Position numbers and translations under genes: made by a program. Below, piece by piece: positions 50,076-58,834 of a stretch of 64,000 nt of DNA (position 1 is its first letter; the number at the start of each line of letters is the position of its first letter). The notes below the pieces were generated by a model. That model was not told the DNA's origin and did no database searches. It saw only the letters and a list, made by a program, of their open reading frames with translations. The DNA is taken from assembly GCA_041674765.1 (NCBI GenBank), contig JBAYVE010000001.1, forward strand, positions 134,177-198,176, read 5' to 3'. This stretch comes from Patescibacteria group bacterium (lineage in GTDB: Bacteria > Patescibacteriota > UBA1384 > XYA2-FULL-43-10 > 1-14-0-10-43-13).

Positions 50076-50582
50076 ATGTCCAAAATAGTTATTGTCAACG
50101 AAAATAATGAAGTGATCGGCAGTAAAGAACGCTTGGAAGTTAGAAGTAGCGATATTTATCGAACGACCGGGCTTTGGATTACCAATTCCAAGGGTCAAGT
50201 TTTGTTGGCTCAGCGCAGCTTCAAGAAAAGCCACGACCCGGGGAGATGGGGTCCTGCTGTATCTGGTACGGTTGAGGAGGGTGAGAGTTATGATGAAAAT
50301 ATAAAGAAAGAGGCATGGGAGGAGCTCGGAATTGAAGGTTTGGAATTTGAGAAGGGTCCGATAAAATATACTCAAGGCAATCACAATCGTTTTAGCCAAT
50401 GGTATTTTCTTAAATTAGATAGAAACCTTGCAGATTTTACCGTTCAATATGAAGAAGTCGAGCGAATAAAATGGTTTGATAAAAATGAGTTGATTCAAGA
50501 TATAAAAGATAAGCCGGATAATTTCTTGCAGTCGATGCCGGAGCGAGTAAAAATGTTTTTGACAGAATTGAGATCTAAATGA
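50076..50582 (+). CDS. NUDIX hydrolase
   Basis: Nudix box GTVEEGESYDENIKKEAWEELGIEG. Confidence 0.8.
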   Translation: MSKIVIVNENNEVIGSKERLEVRSSDIYRTTGLWITNSKGQVLLAQRSFKKSHDPGRWGPAVSGTVEEGESYDENIKKEAWEELGIEGLEFEKGPIKYTQGNHNRFSQWYFLKLDRNLADFTVQYEEVERIKWFDKNELIQDIKDKPDNFLQSMPERVKMFLTELRSK

Positions 50583-51034
50583 ATAATCCCAAGGTAATTC
50601 CAGGAGTCCATCTGATATTTCGAAAGAAAAGTTGCAGATCTAACGAGAATGAATATCTACTCCACCAACGGCAAAACACGAAGTATTTCGATAGTTATTT
50701 CTCTGTGCCGGGCGGACACATTGATGGATTTGAGACTCCTATCGAGTGCGCAATTCGCGAAGCCATGGAGGAGCTGGCGGTCGAGGTCAAACCGGAGAAC
50801 CTCAGGTTGGTTAATACAATTTATCGTGTAAAAAAAGACGTTAATGAAATCAGAATAGACTTCTGTTACTTAATTAGAGAGTATTCTGGAGAAATTATTG
50901 CCGCAGAGCCAGAAAAGCATAGTCAACCCAAATGGTATCTAATCTCAGAACTCCCAAACCAGATGGTGCCGTATATACAAAAAGCAATTATTGACATAGA
51001 AAATGGCAGACATTTCACTAAATCCGAAGTATAA
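50579..51034 (+). CDS. NUDIX hydrolase
   Basis: Nudix box GGHIDGFETPIECAIREAMEELAVE. ATGA overlap with the upstream NUDIX gene. Confidence 0.8.
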   Translation: MNNPKVIPGVHLIFRKKSCRSNENEYLLHQRQNTKYFDSYFSVPGGHIDGFETPIECAIREAMEELAVEVKPENLRLVNTIYRVKKDVNEIRIDFCYLIREYSGEIIAAEPEKHSQPKWYLISELPNQMVPYIQKAIIDIENGRHFTKSEV

Positions 51035-51050
51035 CCTTGACTATAAAAAA

Positions 51051-51085
51051 AGGCGTCCGGATTCGGATCCGCACGCCCATACGTT
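51051..51085 (-). terminator. minus-strand intrinsic terminator
   Basis: Reverse complement reads ggcgtgcgga-tccgaa-tccggacgcc followed by TTTTTTT. Confidence 0.5.
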
Positions 51086-51698
51086 GTCAGCTAGTCTTGC
51101 GACTGCCGACCGAGTCAGTTAGTCGGGGCTCTTCACCCCTGAGTTTGGAAAAAAATTTCTCGGGGATCCACGATGTATGTCTCCTCGTGTTGAGTTTATC
51201 AGCGGAGAGCTGAAGCTTCTGCTAAAGTTTCAGTAACTGACAATTGATTATTTGCCTGGTTTATTTCCTGTTGTAGGAAAAGCTGATGCACGGTTGCCGA
51301 TGAATATTCATACGGACGGTTTGGCAGGGAGCTTATAACACCCAGGGAATATCAACGACAGATTCTGCCTACTTCGCAGGAACATTCAGAACCTCTGATT
51401 GTTGAAACAATACCTCAAGAATAAACGCTTGTCAATAGGCCAATCGTTTTTTTGTTTTTAGCTACTTTCAGTGCCAATAACTAACTCTTATGTTTCTTTG
51501 TTGCTGGCAGCATCATATTGTCATTGCCCATGTCTTGTTTTTGTTCTACTCTTTTTTTGATAAAAAGATTGGTATGCCTTTTTTCGTGGGTGTAATTCTT
51601 TTTGCCTTTTTCTTCTTTTGACATGAGAATATTTTAGTAATAATCTTATTCCAATCCAAGAGCAAAAATGATATTAAAATTAGTGTTGTGATAATAGT

Positions 51699-51926
51699 GT
51701 CATCCTCGGGCAGGCATCGCCATGACCCGGGGATCCAATACCTTATTATCATCCAAACAAAGATTTTATTGTTCGAACACAGTGAGAATTATTATCATTT
51801 CTATTAGAGGACATGGGGACTCTCCGCCAGCTGGCGGACCGAAGTCGTCCCCCTATCCTCTAATAGCAATAAGGTATTGGATCCCCGGGCACCATTTCCA
51901 AAAACACCATTGGTCCCGAGGATGAC
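51699..51926. repeat. nested inverted-repeat structure (12-bp, 22-bp and 11-bp arm pairs plus an internal GC palindrome)
   Basis: gtcatcctcggg / cccgaggatgac and cccggggatccaataccttatt / aataaggtattggatccccggg are perfect pairs; a third pair was read as ctattagagga / tcctctaatag but could not be confirmed against the sequence. Inner palindrome ccgccagctggcgg. The 3' arm overlaps the mug start. Confidence 0.8.
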
Positions 51927-52506
51927 ATTGTATATAGTATTTATTGTGAATCGCAATAAGCCCACAAAAGAAGATTTGGCAAATGCTATCCATAAAAAGG
52001 TGCCAGATATTATTGCGCCGAATCTAAAATTATTATTTGTCGGCATTAACCCCGGCCTTTATACAGCCGCAATCGGCCGCCATTTTGGTCATCCGGCCAA
52101 TAGATTCTGGAAGGCACTTTTTGATTCGGGCCTTTCGCCCAAGTTATTATCGCCATACGAAAATGAGAAATTATTGAAACTTGGCTTTGGCATTACTAAT
52201 TTAGTTGAAAGGCCGACATTGAGAGCGAACGAAGTAACGAAAGAAGAGCTTGTTGAAGGTAGAAAAATACTGGAGAAAAAAGTAAAAAAGTTTAAACCAA
52301 AATTCATTGCAATTTTGGGCTTAGGAGCTTATCAGATTGCTTTTAATAAAAAAGCAAAAATTGGCCCGCAGGAAGAAAATATTGCAGGTGCCAAAGTTTG
52401 GGTCTTGCCCAATCCAAGCGGATTGAATGCTAGCTTCACGCCGAATAAATTGGCTTCAATTTTTCGACAGCTTAAATTAGCACTTGATAAGTCGTATTTA
52501 GGCTGA
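51922..52506 (+). CDS. mug: G/U mismatch-specific uracil-DNA glycosylase (Mug/TDG family)
   Basis: VPDIIAPNLKLLFVGINPGLYTAAIGRHFGHPANRFW aligns with the E. coli Mug N-terminal catalytic region. The start is uncertain because it sits inside the inverted repeat. Confidence 0.8.
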   Translation: MTLYIVFIVNRNKPTKEDLANAIHKKVPDIIAPNLKLLFVGINPGLYTAAIGRHFGHPANRFWKALFDSGLSPKLLSPYENEKLLKLGFGITNLVERPTLRANEVTKEELVEGRKILEKKVKKFKPKFIAILGLGAYQIAFNKKAKIGPQEENIAGAKVWVLPNPSGLNASFTPNKLASIFRQLKLALDKSYLG

Positions 52507-52609
52507 TGATTTTTAAGTTGATAGGTTATTAGACTAAGTTAACGGTTAGTTGTACAATAACAATTGAAAAGTTCGGATTAAAAAAGAACAAATTAGTAAA
52601 GGAGATAAA

Positions 52610-53284
52610 ATGAGAAGAATGGGAATGCGCTGGGTTTGGGGGACTGTATTAATTTTATTGGGTCTGGGCCTTTTATCAAACACATTGGGTATTGAAGGGA
52701 TGCATAACTTTATTGTTCGTTGGTGGCCAATCATTTTCATTGTTTTCGGGCTTGGTGAATTGATAGTAGGAGAATTCTTAAATGGATTTTTTTGGCTAAT
52801 TGTTGGTGTCATCATCGGATTGTTTACAACCGGTACCGTAGATTATACTGGTAACCTTTGGTCGATTATTTGGTCTATAGTTGTGATCTTGATTGGTCTT
52901 CGTCTCATCCTGCGCCCTATGATGAAAGTTAGAAGTTCTGATGAGAAGGAAAAATTTGTTGGCACGTCGGCAGTTTTTGGCGGGACGACCAAGAAAGTAT
53001 CCGCTAAAGAGTTTACCGGCTCAAATCTCACCGCTGTGTTTGGAGGAGCTAAACTTGATCTTAGGAACGCTATGGTTGCCAAAGAAGGGGCCATCATCGA
53101 TGTCTCCGCCGTCTTTGGCGGAGTTGAAATCATCGTACCCGAAAAAACTCCAGTCAGGATGAACGCAGTCGCCATTTTTGGCGGTCAAGAAGACAAAAGA
53201 GACACTTCGAAAATAGATGAATCATTGCCGATAATTACTATCAGTGGAGAAGTTATTTTTGGCGGCATCGAGGTTAAATCATAG
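52610..53284 (+). CDS. LiaF-like membrane protein (DUF2154-type C-terminal domain)
   Basis: N-terminal TM helices, then repeated (A/S)VFGG motifs (SAVFGGTT, TAVFGGAK, SAVFGGVE, VAIFGGQE, VIFGGIE). Confidence 0.6.
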   Translation: MRRMGMRWVWGTVLILLGLGLLSNTLGIEGMHNFIVRWWPIIFIVFGLGELIVGEFLNGFFWLIVGVIIGLFTTGTVDYTGNLWSIIWSIVVILIGLRLILRPMMKVRSSDEKEKFVGTSAVFGGTTKKVSAKEFTGSNLTAVFGGAKLDLRNAMVAKEGAIIDVSAVFGGVEIIVPEKTPVRMNAVAIFGGQEDKRDTSKIDESLPIITISGEVIFGGIEVKS

Positions 53285-53399
53285 GATCTGTATAAAATCC
53301 CTTTTAGGATTGATTGCCAACCCAAATAGGAGTTGATTTTTAAACTATTTTAGACTGGCAGATTAGTAGCCTTAGCAATTTTGACGAGGGAATGAGTTG

Positions 53400-53582
53400 C
53401 TATCTTTTTTGTAAGGCTCCCATCGGACAAAAATTTGAACATTTGCCGCAATCAAGGCATTTATCACTATCGACTTCTGGTGCGCCATAGCCCGTTTGTG
53501 ATAGGGCTTGAACCGGGCAAACTTTTATAGCGGGACACGGATGGTTTTGCGGGCATCTATTATTATCTACGTAAATCGGCAT
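53400..53582 (-). CDS. small 4Fe-4S ferredoxin-like protein
   Basis: CLDCGKCSNFCP and a second Cys cluster, CPQNHPCPAIKVCP. Confidence 0.5.
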   Translation of the reverse strand: MPIYVDNNRCPQNHPCPAIKVCPVQALSQTGYGAPEVDSDKCLDCGKCSNFCPMGALQKR

Positions 53583-53650
53583 CTATTTCCCTGTGTTATT
53601 TATTATTGCTAACGCTTGATCATATCAATGACCATTGATATAATATAATT

Positions 53651-53974
53651 ATGATACAAAATTGTAATAAGAAAAACAACCCCCAAATTGAGATCCTATC
53701 AGACTTCCTCAAAATTATCTCTGAGGAAAACAGGCTTCGAATTATTTGTTTTCTTTTGAAAAACGAAGAACAGTGTGTTTGTGAAATCTGGAAATTTCTT
53801 GATCTATCCCAAAACTTGACTTCACATCATTTGAAAGTTTTGAAAGATATTGGTTTGTTAGAATCCCGGAAAGTGGGACAAAAAGTTTGTTATTGTGTTG
53901 ACCAAACAAAGCTATTAGAGTACAAAGAACTATTTAATCAAATCCTAGACAAAACAATTATTAGTCGAAAGTAG
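53651..53974 (+). CDS. ArsR/SmtB-family transcriptional regulator
   Basis: HTH with a CVCEI metal-site-like motif and LTSHHLKVLKDIGLL. Confidence 0.8.
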   Translation: MIQNCNKKNNPQIEILSDFLKIISEENRLRIICFLLKNEEQCVCEIWKFLDLSQNLTSHHLKVLKDIGLLESRKVGQKVCYCVDQTKLLEYKELFNQILDKTIISRK

Positions 53975-53984
53975 AGAGGGAGCG

Positions 53985-54950
53985 ATGGACACTATATTTT
54001 ACCCTGTAAAAATTCTTGCTGACTGGATCACTTTTTCGCTTTTATCGATCCAAAAAGAGACACTTCTTTCGCAAGCTGTCAATTTTTTTATTTATGATAC
54101 GGTCAAAATATTTATACTTTTGGCCGTAATTATTTTTGCAGTCTCCATAATTCGAACTTTCTTGCCGACCGAAAAAGTTAGAAAGCTTCTTGCGCATAAA
54201 TATAAATTCACCGGCAATATAATGGCGGCCTTAATTGGGATTTTAACGCCATTTTGCACTTGTTCGGCTATCCCGCTTTTCCTTGGCTTTTTGAAGGCAG
54301 GTGTTCCTCTTGGCGTTACCTTTTCTTTTCTTATTGCTAGTCCAATGATTAATGAAGTTGCCGTCATATTATTGCTGGGAATGTTCGGCTGGAAAATTGC
54401 ATTGCTCTATATTGCGAGCGGCCTTGTCATTGCGGTGGTCGCTGGTATATTAATCAGCAAATTAAACGTTGACAATTTAATCATCGATATGGACTACAAG
54501 AAGGATATGCTCGCTAAACAAGATGGAGTCACCTGGAACGATCGAATCAATTATGGCCGAAGATATACGAGGAATATTATCCGAAAAGTCTGGCCTTATG
54601 TGGTTGGCGGTATTGCCGTCGGCGCCTTTATTCATGGTTATGTACCAACTGACTTTTTGGCTCAGTACGCCGGTAGCGATAAATGGTATGCAGTGCCATT
54701 TGCCGTCTTGGCTGGCATCCCGCTCTATTCAAATGCTGCCGGCATAGTTCCTCTAGTCTCTGTTCTCACTGAGAAAGGCGTTGCTATGGGAACAGTCCTC
54801 GCCTTTATGATGGCAGTAACAGCCCTATCTTTGCCAGAGTTTATGATTTTAAAGAGGGTAATGAAAACAAAATTAATCGTTATTTTTGCTGCGATCGTCG
54901 GCACAGGTATCCTGATTACCGGATATATATTCAACATTGTTATTAAATAG
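53985..54950 (+). CDS. DUF318-family permease (ArsP-like)
   Basis: Eight TM helices. TPFCTCSAIPL motif resembling the ArsP TPFcSCS motif. Adjacent to the ArsR gene. Confidence 0.6.
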   Translation: MDTIFYPVKILADWITFSLLSIQKETLLSQAVNFFIYDTVKIFILLAVIIFAVSIIRTFLPTEKVRKLLAHKYKFTGNIMAALIGILTPFCTCSAIPLFLGFLKAGVPLGVTFSFLIASPMINEVAVILLLGMFGWKIALLYIASGLVIAVVAGILISKLNVDNLIIDMDYKKDMLAKQDGVTWNDRINYGRRYTRNIIRKVWPYVVGGIAVGAFIHGYVPTDFLAQYAGSDKWYAVPFAVLAGIPLYSNAAGIVPLVSVLTEKGVAMGTVLAFMMAVTALSLPEFMILKRVMKTKLIVIFAAIVGTGILITGYIFNIVIK

Positions 54951-55007
54951 GTTATTTTCTGGTTTCAAAAGTAGTATACTAATGGATGGGTAATAATAAT
55001 TATATTT

Positions 55008-55772
55008 TTGAGGAGGGTGATGAGAAAGTTAGTTTTTGTCCTGTTCGCTTGCGTCATTATTATGCCGGGTCTGGCCATCGCAGCCAACAGTCCGGAGAGT
55101 CAAGGCAATAGCGGAAGTGTTTCTAGCGTGAGTTCGACAAATAGTAATGATAGCGCAGTCACTTCTAGTGCGTCAGATAGCAATCAGATAGACCCTACTA
55201 GTTCAAGTGCAGCTCAGTCTGCAAACAGAGTTCAAATTCAAGCTGGCAATCCTGGTGTTGGTGCGATGACGGCTGAACAAACAGAGGCTCGAATAAAAGA
55301 ACAGATCAGCGAAAGCAAGCCGGCCTATGCGCCAAGAAACGAGCAGGCGAGCTTGAGAATGAGTAGCGTTGCAACAGCGGTCGAAGAACTGGTCAGGGTT
55401 TCCAACAGATTTGAGAACCCTGGTATCGGCGAACAGGTTCGGGAAATTGCGCAGGTCCAAGTGAAAAACCAGGACAAAGTAAACCAGGCGATAGACAAGG
55501 CGGAAACAAGAACAAAATTTGCCAAGTTTTTTATCGGATCAAATTATAAAGAATTGAAAACAGCTAAAGAAGCGATGAAAGAGAATCAAAGTAAGGCTCG
55601 AGAGCTAAAAGAATTGATGGCGCAAGCTGATAATGACGCTGATAAATTGACTATTGCAAATCAGATTATGACTCTTCAGGAAGAGAATCTAGCTCTGAGA
55701 GATCAGATTGAGCAATCAGACGATAGCTTCTCCTTGTTCGGCTGGCTATCAAGACTGATAAATAAATACTAA
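55008..55772 (+). CDS. hypothetical secreted Ser-rich coiled-coil protein
   Basis: Signal peptide, low-complexity Ser-rich region, then coiled-coil heptads. Confidence 0.45.
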   Translation: MRRVMRKLVFVLFACVIIMPGLAIAANSPESQGNSGSVSSVSSTNSNDSAVTSSASDSNQIDPTSSSAAQSANRVQIQAGNPGVGAMTAEQTEARIKEQISESKPAYAPRNEQASLRMSSVATAVEELVRVSNRFENPGIGEQVREIAQVQVKNQDKVNQAIDKAETRTKFAKFFIGSNYKELKTAKEAMKENQSKARELKELMAQADNDADKLTIANQIMTLQEENLALRDQIEQSDDSFSLFGWLSRLINKY

Positions 55773-55850
55773 AGACTTCAGCTTATTCTAAGATTTAACT
55801 TCTATAATCAAAGCAGGTCGAAAGAACAAAAAGTTAAATTAAGGAATCAA

Positions 55851-56300
55851 ATGAAGAAAAAAATCGTTTTACCGGCGCTTGCAATCGGTGTTCTGGCTTT
55901 GGCTGGATCAATCTGGTTTGGGAGCGTCAACGCAAATGCTGCTTCTGCCAATCACGATACGTTGATCGAGAAAATCGCCCAAAAATTTAGCGTCCCGAAA
56001 GAGGACGTTCAGGTGGTTTTCGATCAGGAAAGGACAGAGAGGCAAGCAACTAGAAGGGCAGAACAAAACACAAAGCTTGATCAGGCTATTGCCGATGGTG
56101 TCATCACGGCAGAGCAAAAAGACCAATTGATCGCTAAGCGAAATGAGTTGAATACTCAAGGGCAGAAGAATCGCGAAGAGATGCAAAAATGGTTTTCTGA
56201 TAATGGCATCGACCATGATAAGCTTGCTCCCTATATGGGAATGGGTGGTAACGGCGGCAGAGGCGGCCATATGGGCGGAATGCACCGTAACCAGAAATAA
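55851..56300 (+). CDS. hypothetical secreted protein with a Gly-rich C-terminus
   Basis: Signal peptide. C-terminal GGNGGRGGHMGGMH tail. Confidence 0.45.
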   Translation: MKKKIVLPALAIGVLALAGSIWFGSVNANAASANHDTLIEKIAQKFSVPKEDVQVVFDQERTERQATRRAEQNTKLDQAIADGVITAEQKDQLIAKRNELNTQGQKNREEMQKWFSDNGIDHDKLAPYMGMGGNGGRGGHMGGMHRNQK

Positions 56301-56310
56301 CTAAGCTCTA

Positions 56311-56352
56311 AAAAATAAAAACACCTTCATCTTGAGGGTGTTTTTATTTTTT
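56311..56352. terminator. bidirectional intrinsic terminator
   Basis: A-run, hairpin aacaccttc-atctt-gagggtgtt, then a T-run. Lies between convergent genes. Confidence 0.65.
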
Positions 56353-56374
56353 GCGCGAACAATTGATTTTAGTG

Positions 56375-56587
56375 TTATTTTTCTTGTGGTCTTTCATAAG
56401 CGAAATATGCCAAGGCTCCGATAAACTCAATGACAATGATAATAAACGCCCAAACTAGCCGTGATAAAGTTTTAGTTTTTCGCCTCTTGATGAGATTAAA
56501 AAGTGCAAATAGTTTAATTGCCTGGCTAATCAAAAGGAAAAAGAATACAATTCTGATGGTATCCATGAAATCATCATACTCTTTCAT
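56375..56587 (-). CDS. PLDc_N-like small membrane protein
   Basis: 70 aa with two TM helices and a C-terminal YFAYERPQEK. Confidence 0.45.
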   Translation of the reverse strand: MKEYDDFMDTIRIVFFFLLISQAIKLFALFNLIKRRKTKTLSRLVWAFIIIVIEFIGALAYFAYERPQEK

Positions 56588-56751
56588 ACACTTTTATCTA
56601 TGGAATTACTGTCTTAGACACAGCAATTACTGAAGCTCCTTAATTAAAGTAGCGTCATTGTGCCCATTGCAAGTTCTTGAATTGCTTAGAAATTCAGCAT
56701 AAGATTTAAACATGAAAATATTATGTTCTTAGAATTATCAAGGAGGGATCT

Positions 56752-57069
56752 ATGAATTACGAAAATGCTATCGACCCGAGTCTAATGGAGGACATTAATA
56801 GTATTGATACCTCTGAATCGGAGCAAAAAAACTCACGAGAGAATCTTCGCGAGGGGATAGAATACGTATTTCGTCCCGCATTGCGTACATCTGGGGCAGG
56901 GGAGAACGGTTATGTGCCAAACCTTGAGTTTGGCAGAGGTATCTATATTGGGCTTGTCGACGGAAAGACAATGTTTCGGGGTCACCCCAAAAGCTATCCA
57001 GATGAAGTTTTTTTCTTCAATTTTGAATCAAGTGGTACAAGCCACATTTTTGAGCCCAGTAATAAATAA
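56752..57069 (+). CDS. hypothetical protein
   Basis: GGAGGG Shine-Dalgarno. No recognisable motif. Followed by a GC hairpin at 57107-57140. Confidence 0.4.
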   Translation: MNYENAIDPSLMEDINSIDTSESEQKNSRENLREGIEYVFRPALRTSGAGENGYVPNLEFGRGIYIGLVDGKTMFRGHPKSYPDEVFFFNFESSGTSHIFEPSNK

Positions 57070-57170
57070 GGTTTTTTGTGAACACGTCTATTTCTGTCAT
57101 CATTAAAGTTAACGCCCCAGGGGGTGGGGCGTTTAATTAGATGGCAATTGAGGACAAGGTTCGGATACAA

Positions 57171-57402
57171 GTAGCCCAGCCTTCAGGCTGCACAAGCTGA
57201 AGCTTGGTCTACAAGAACTTTGTAGCCTACCCTTTAGGGTGATTTTGCAAGCTTCCCACTTAGTTGAAACTACCACCCTTCGCCCTAAGACTATGGCGTG
57301 GCACAGCGAGGGACAAGAAATCTTAGACTACCAGAAGTCCCATAGCTCCACCTTTCAGGGTGTTCCCAAAGTCCATTCCTTCGTAGTTCAGCCTTTAGGC
57401 TG
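57171..57402 (+). repeat. REP-like tandem array on the 5' side of the RAYT (five units)
   Basis: Units start at 57171, 57222, about 57272 (degenerate), about 57343 and 57383. Consensus GTAGCCCACCCTT(C/T)AGGGTG, a 20-nt palindrome beginning with GTAG. Spacers carry a second palindrome, caAGCTgAAGCTTg. Confidence 0.85.
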
Positions 57403-57414
57403 TCAACAAAACTT

Positions 57415-57960
57415 ATGAGACCAAACTATAAACCAAATTTTACCAACCGTCCGAATCATATTCAGCAAGATGATAGTTTTTATTTCCTTACTGTCCGAAC
57501 TGTCAATGCCCAGTGGTTTTTGCAGCCTGACCCCTACAAGCAGATTGTGTTTGACAAAATCCATGAAAAAATCAAGAAGTTTGGCTATCAGCTTATTGCA
57601 TTTGCGATTCTCAATAACCACTATCATTTGCTTGTAAAAATAGTCGATTCAAAGAAGATCGCTAAGTTTATGAACGAATTAAACGGAGCAAGTGCCAGAG
57701 AAATAAATAAGGCTGATTTTGTCATCGACCGCAAAATTTGGTGGAATTACCTCGACCACGTTATTCGAGACGAAGCTGACTTTTTCAAACATTTAAATTA
57801 TATCCACCAAAACCCGATTAAACATGGACTAACAAAGGAATTGGACTATAAATTCTCAAGCTATTCTGCTTGGGTGAGGAAGAAAGGCGTGGAATATCTA
57901 AATCATTCGTTTGAGAAATATCCGGTCGTAGATTTCAAAACATTCAACGACGAATTTTGA
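57415..57960 (+). CDS. REP-associated tyrosine transposase (RAYT; IS200/IS605-like HUH Y1 transposase)
   Basis: HUH motif NNHYHLLVKIV and a C-terminal YIHQNPIKHGL motif (the RAYT Y-x-x-NP(V/I)(K/R)xGL catalytic-Tyr region). Flanked by REP arrays. Confidence 0.85.
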   Translation: MRPNYKPNFTNRPNHIQQDDSFYFLTVRTVNAQWFLQPDPYKQIVFDKIHEKIKKFGYQLIAFAILNNHYHLLVKIVDSKKIAKFMNELNGASAREINKADFVIDRKIWWNYLDHVIRDEADFFKHLNYIHQNPIKHGLTKELDYKFSSYSAWVRKKGVEYLNHSFEKYPVVDFKTFNDEF

Positions 57961-58003
57961 GATAATAATTCCAACAAGCTGAAGCTTGATCTCCGTTTTC
58001 ATC

Positions 58004-58241
58004 GTAGCCCAGCCTTTAGGCTGATGTCACAATCTAAAGATTGTACTTCCCTAACCGGGACCAACCTTTAGGCTGATTTTACAAATTGAAGCTTGTTATG
58101 TCAGAAACCCTGTAGCCCACCCTTTAGGCTGAACTAACAAACTAAAGTTTGTTCTACGATATAATTGTAGGTCACCCTTCAGGGTGTCGTTATCAAGCTA
58201 AAGCTTGCACTACTTTTTTCCGTAGCCCACCCTTCAGGGTG
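58004..58241 (+). repeat. REP-like tandem array on the 3' side of the RAYT (five units, period about 54-55 nt)
   Basis: Units at 58004, 58058 (degenerate), 58112, 58167 and 58222. All GTAG-led and in the same orientation. Same AAGCTnAAGCTT spacer module. Confidence 0.85.
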
Positions 58242-58281
58242 TGTCTTGAGACTTGAATTGATTAGCTATTCAGAATAAGAT

Positions 58282-58695
58282 TTGAGTATGATTGTTTACA
58301 AAACAAAATCTAAGAAACTTGGCGGTACTAGCTATAAAGAAGTTATCAAAAAAGCTAGAAAAGCCTATCACGAAATAGAAAAACGGTCAAAAAGAACCGC
58401 CCACCTTCGCTCTGTTTATTTTAAAAAAACAAATATTTTCATAAATCTATTTTGGGATCATCTAGACCAAAAATCGCCTAGAGATAGATTGAGAAGATTA
58501 AAACTTCTGCCTTGTGCTTATGAACTGATTGAAAATTCCGTTCACAAACCAACCTCGAAAATCAACCCAAACAATAAGAATGAAATCTTACATCGTTTCG
58601 GAGGAATTACTACAAATGATGAGTTGTTTTATGTTCAGATAAAAGAAAATAAAGCTGGCCGGAAGGATTTTATTTCAGTATTTCCTGAGGAATAA
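58282..58695 (+). CDS. hypothetical basic protein
   Basis: ORF only. Confidence 0.35.
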   Translation: MSMIVYKTKSKKLGGTSYKEVIKKARKAYHEIEKRSKRTAHLRSVYFKKTNIFINLFWDHLDQKSPRDRLRRLKLLPCAYELIENSVHKPTSKINPNNKNEILHRFGGITTNDELFYVQIKENKAGRKDFISVFPEE

Positions 58696-58834
58696 AAAAT
58701 CTCCCGCAAGTGAGGTATATAAACCTCGTGCCGGAGACATCTTGAATATAATATATAAAACCAGTAAATAAATGTCAATACCTCACAAAAATTTGGGCGT
58801 TGAATTGCTTATAAATTGAGAATAAGATTTTAGT

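Noticed and set aside
51040-51545. tmRNA (ssrA) or RNase P RNA in the GC-rich non-coding island
   Set aside because: No GGGG...UUCGACG 5' motif, no tag-peptide reading frame ending in ...AA-stop, and no T-arm GTTCGAATC/CCA 3' end were found. The RNase P P4 motif GGAAAGUCCGGGCUCC and the ACAGAAACCCGGCUUA motif are absent on both strands. Left as an unassigned structured or repeat-derived region.
51877-51921. N-terminal 15-aa extension of mug from the ORF track (MDPRAPFPKTPLVPR)
   Set aside because: It lies within the 3' arms of the inverted-repeat structure and is not conserved Mug sequence. The Mug homology begins around KKVPDIIAP. The start is kept uncertain.
57171-58241. Possible CRISPR array (regularly spaced 20-nt repeats with spacers of about 31-35 nt on both sides of an ORF)
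   Set aside because: The repeats are short (20 nt), imperfect and palindromic with a GTAG lead. The spacers are not unique: they share the conserved AAGCTgAAGCTT palindrome. The enclosed ORF is a HUH transposase (RAYT), not a cas gene. The pattern fits REP/BIME arrays, not CRISPR.
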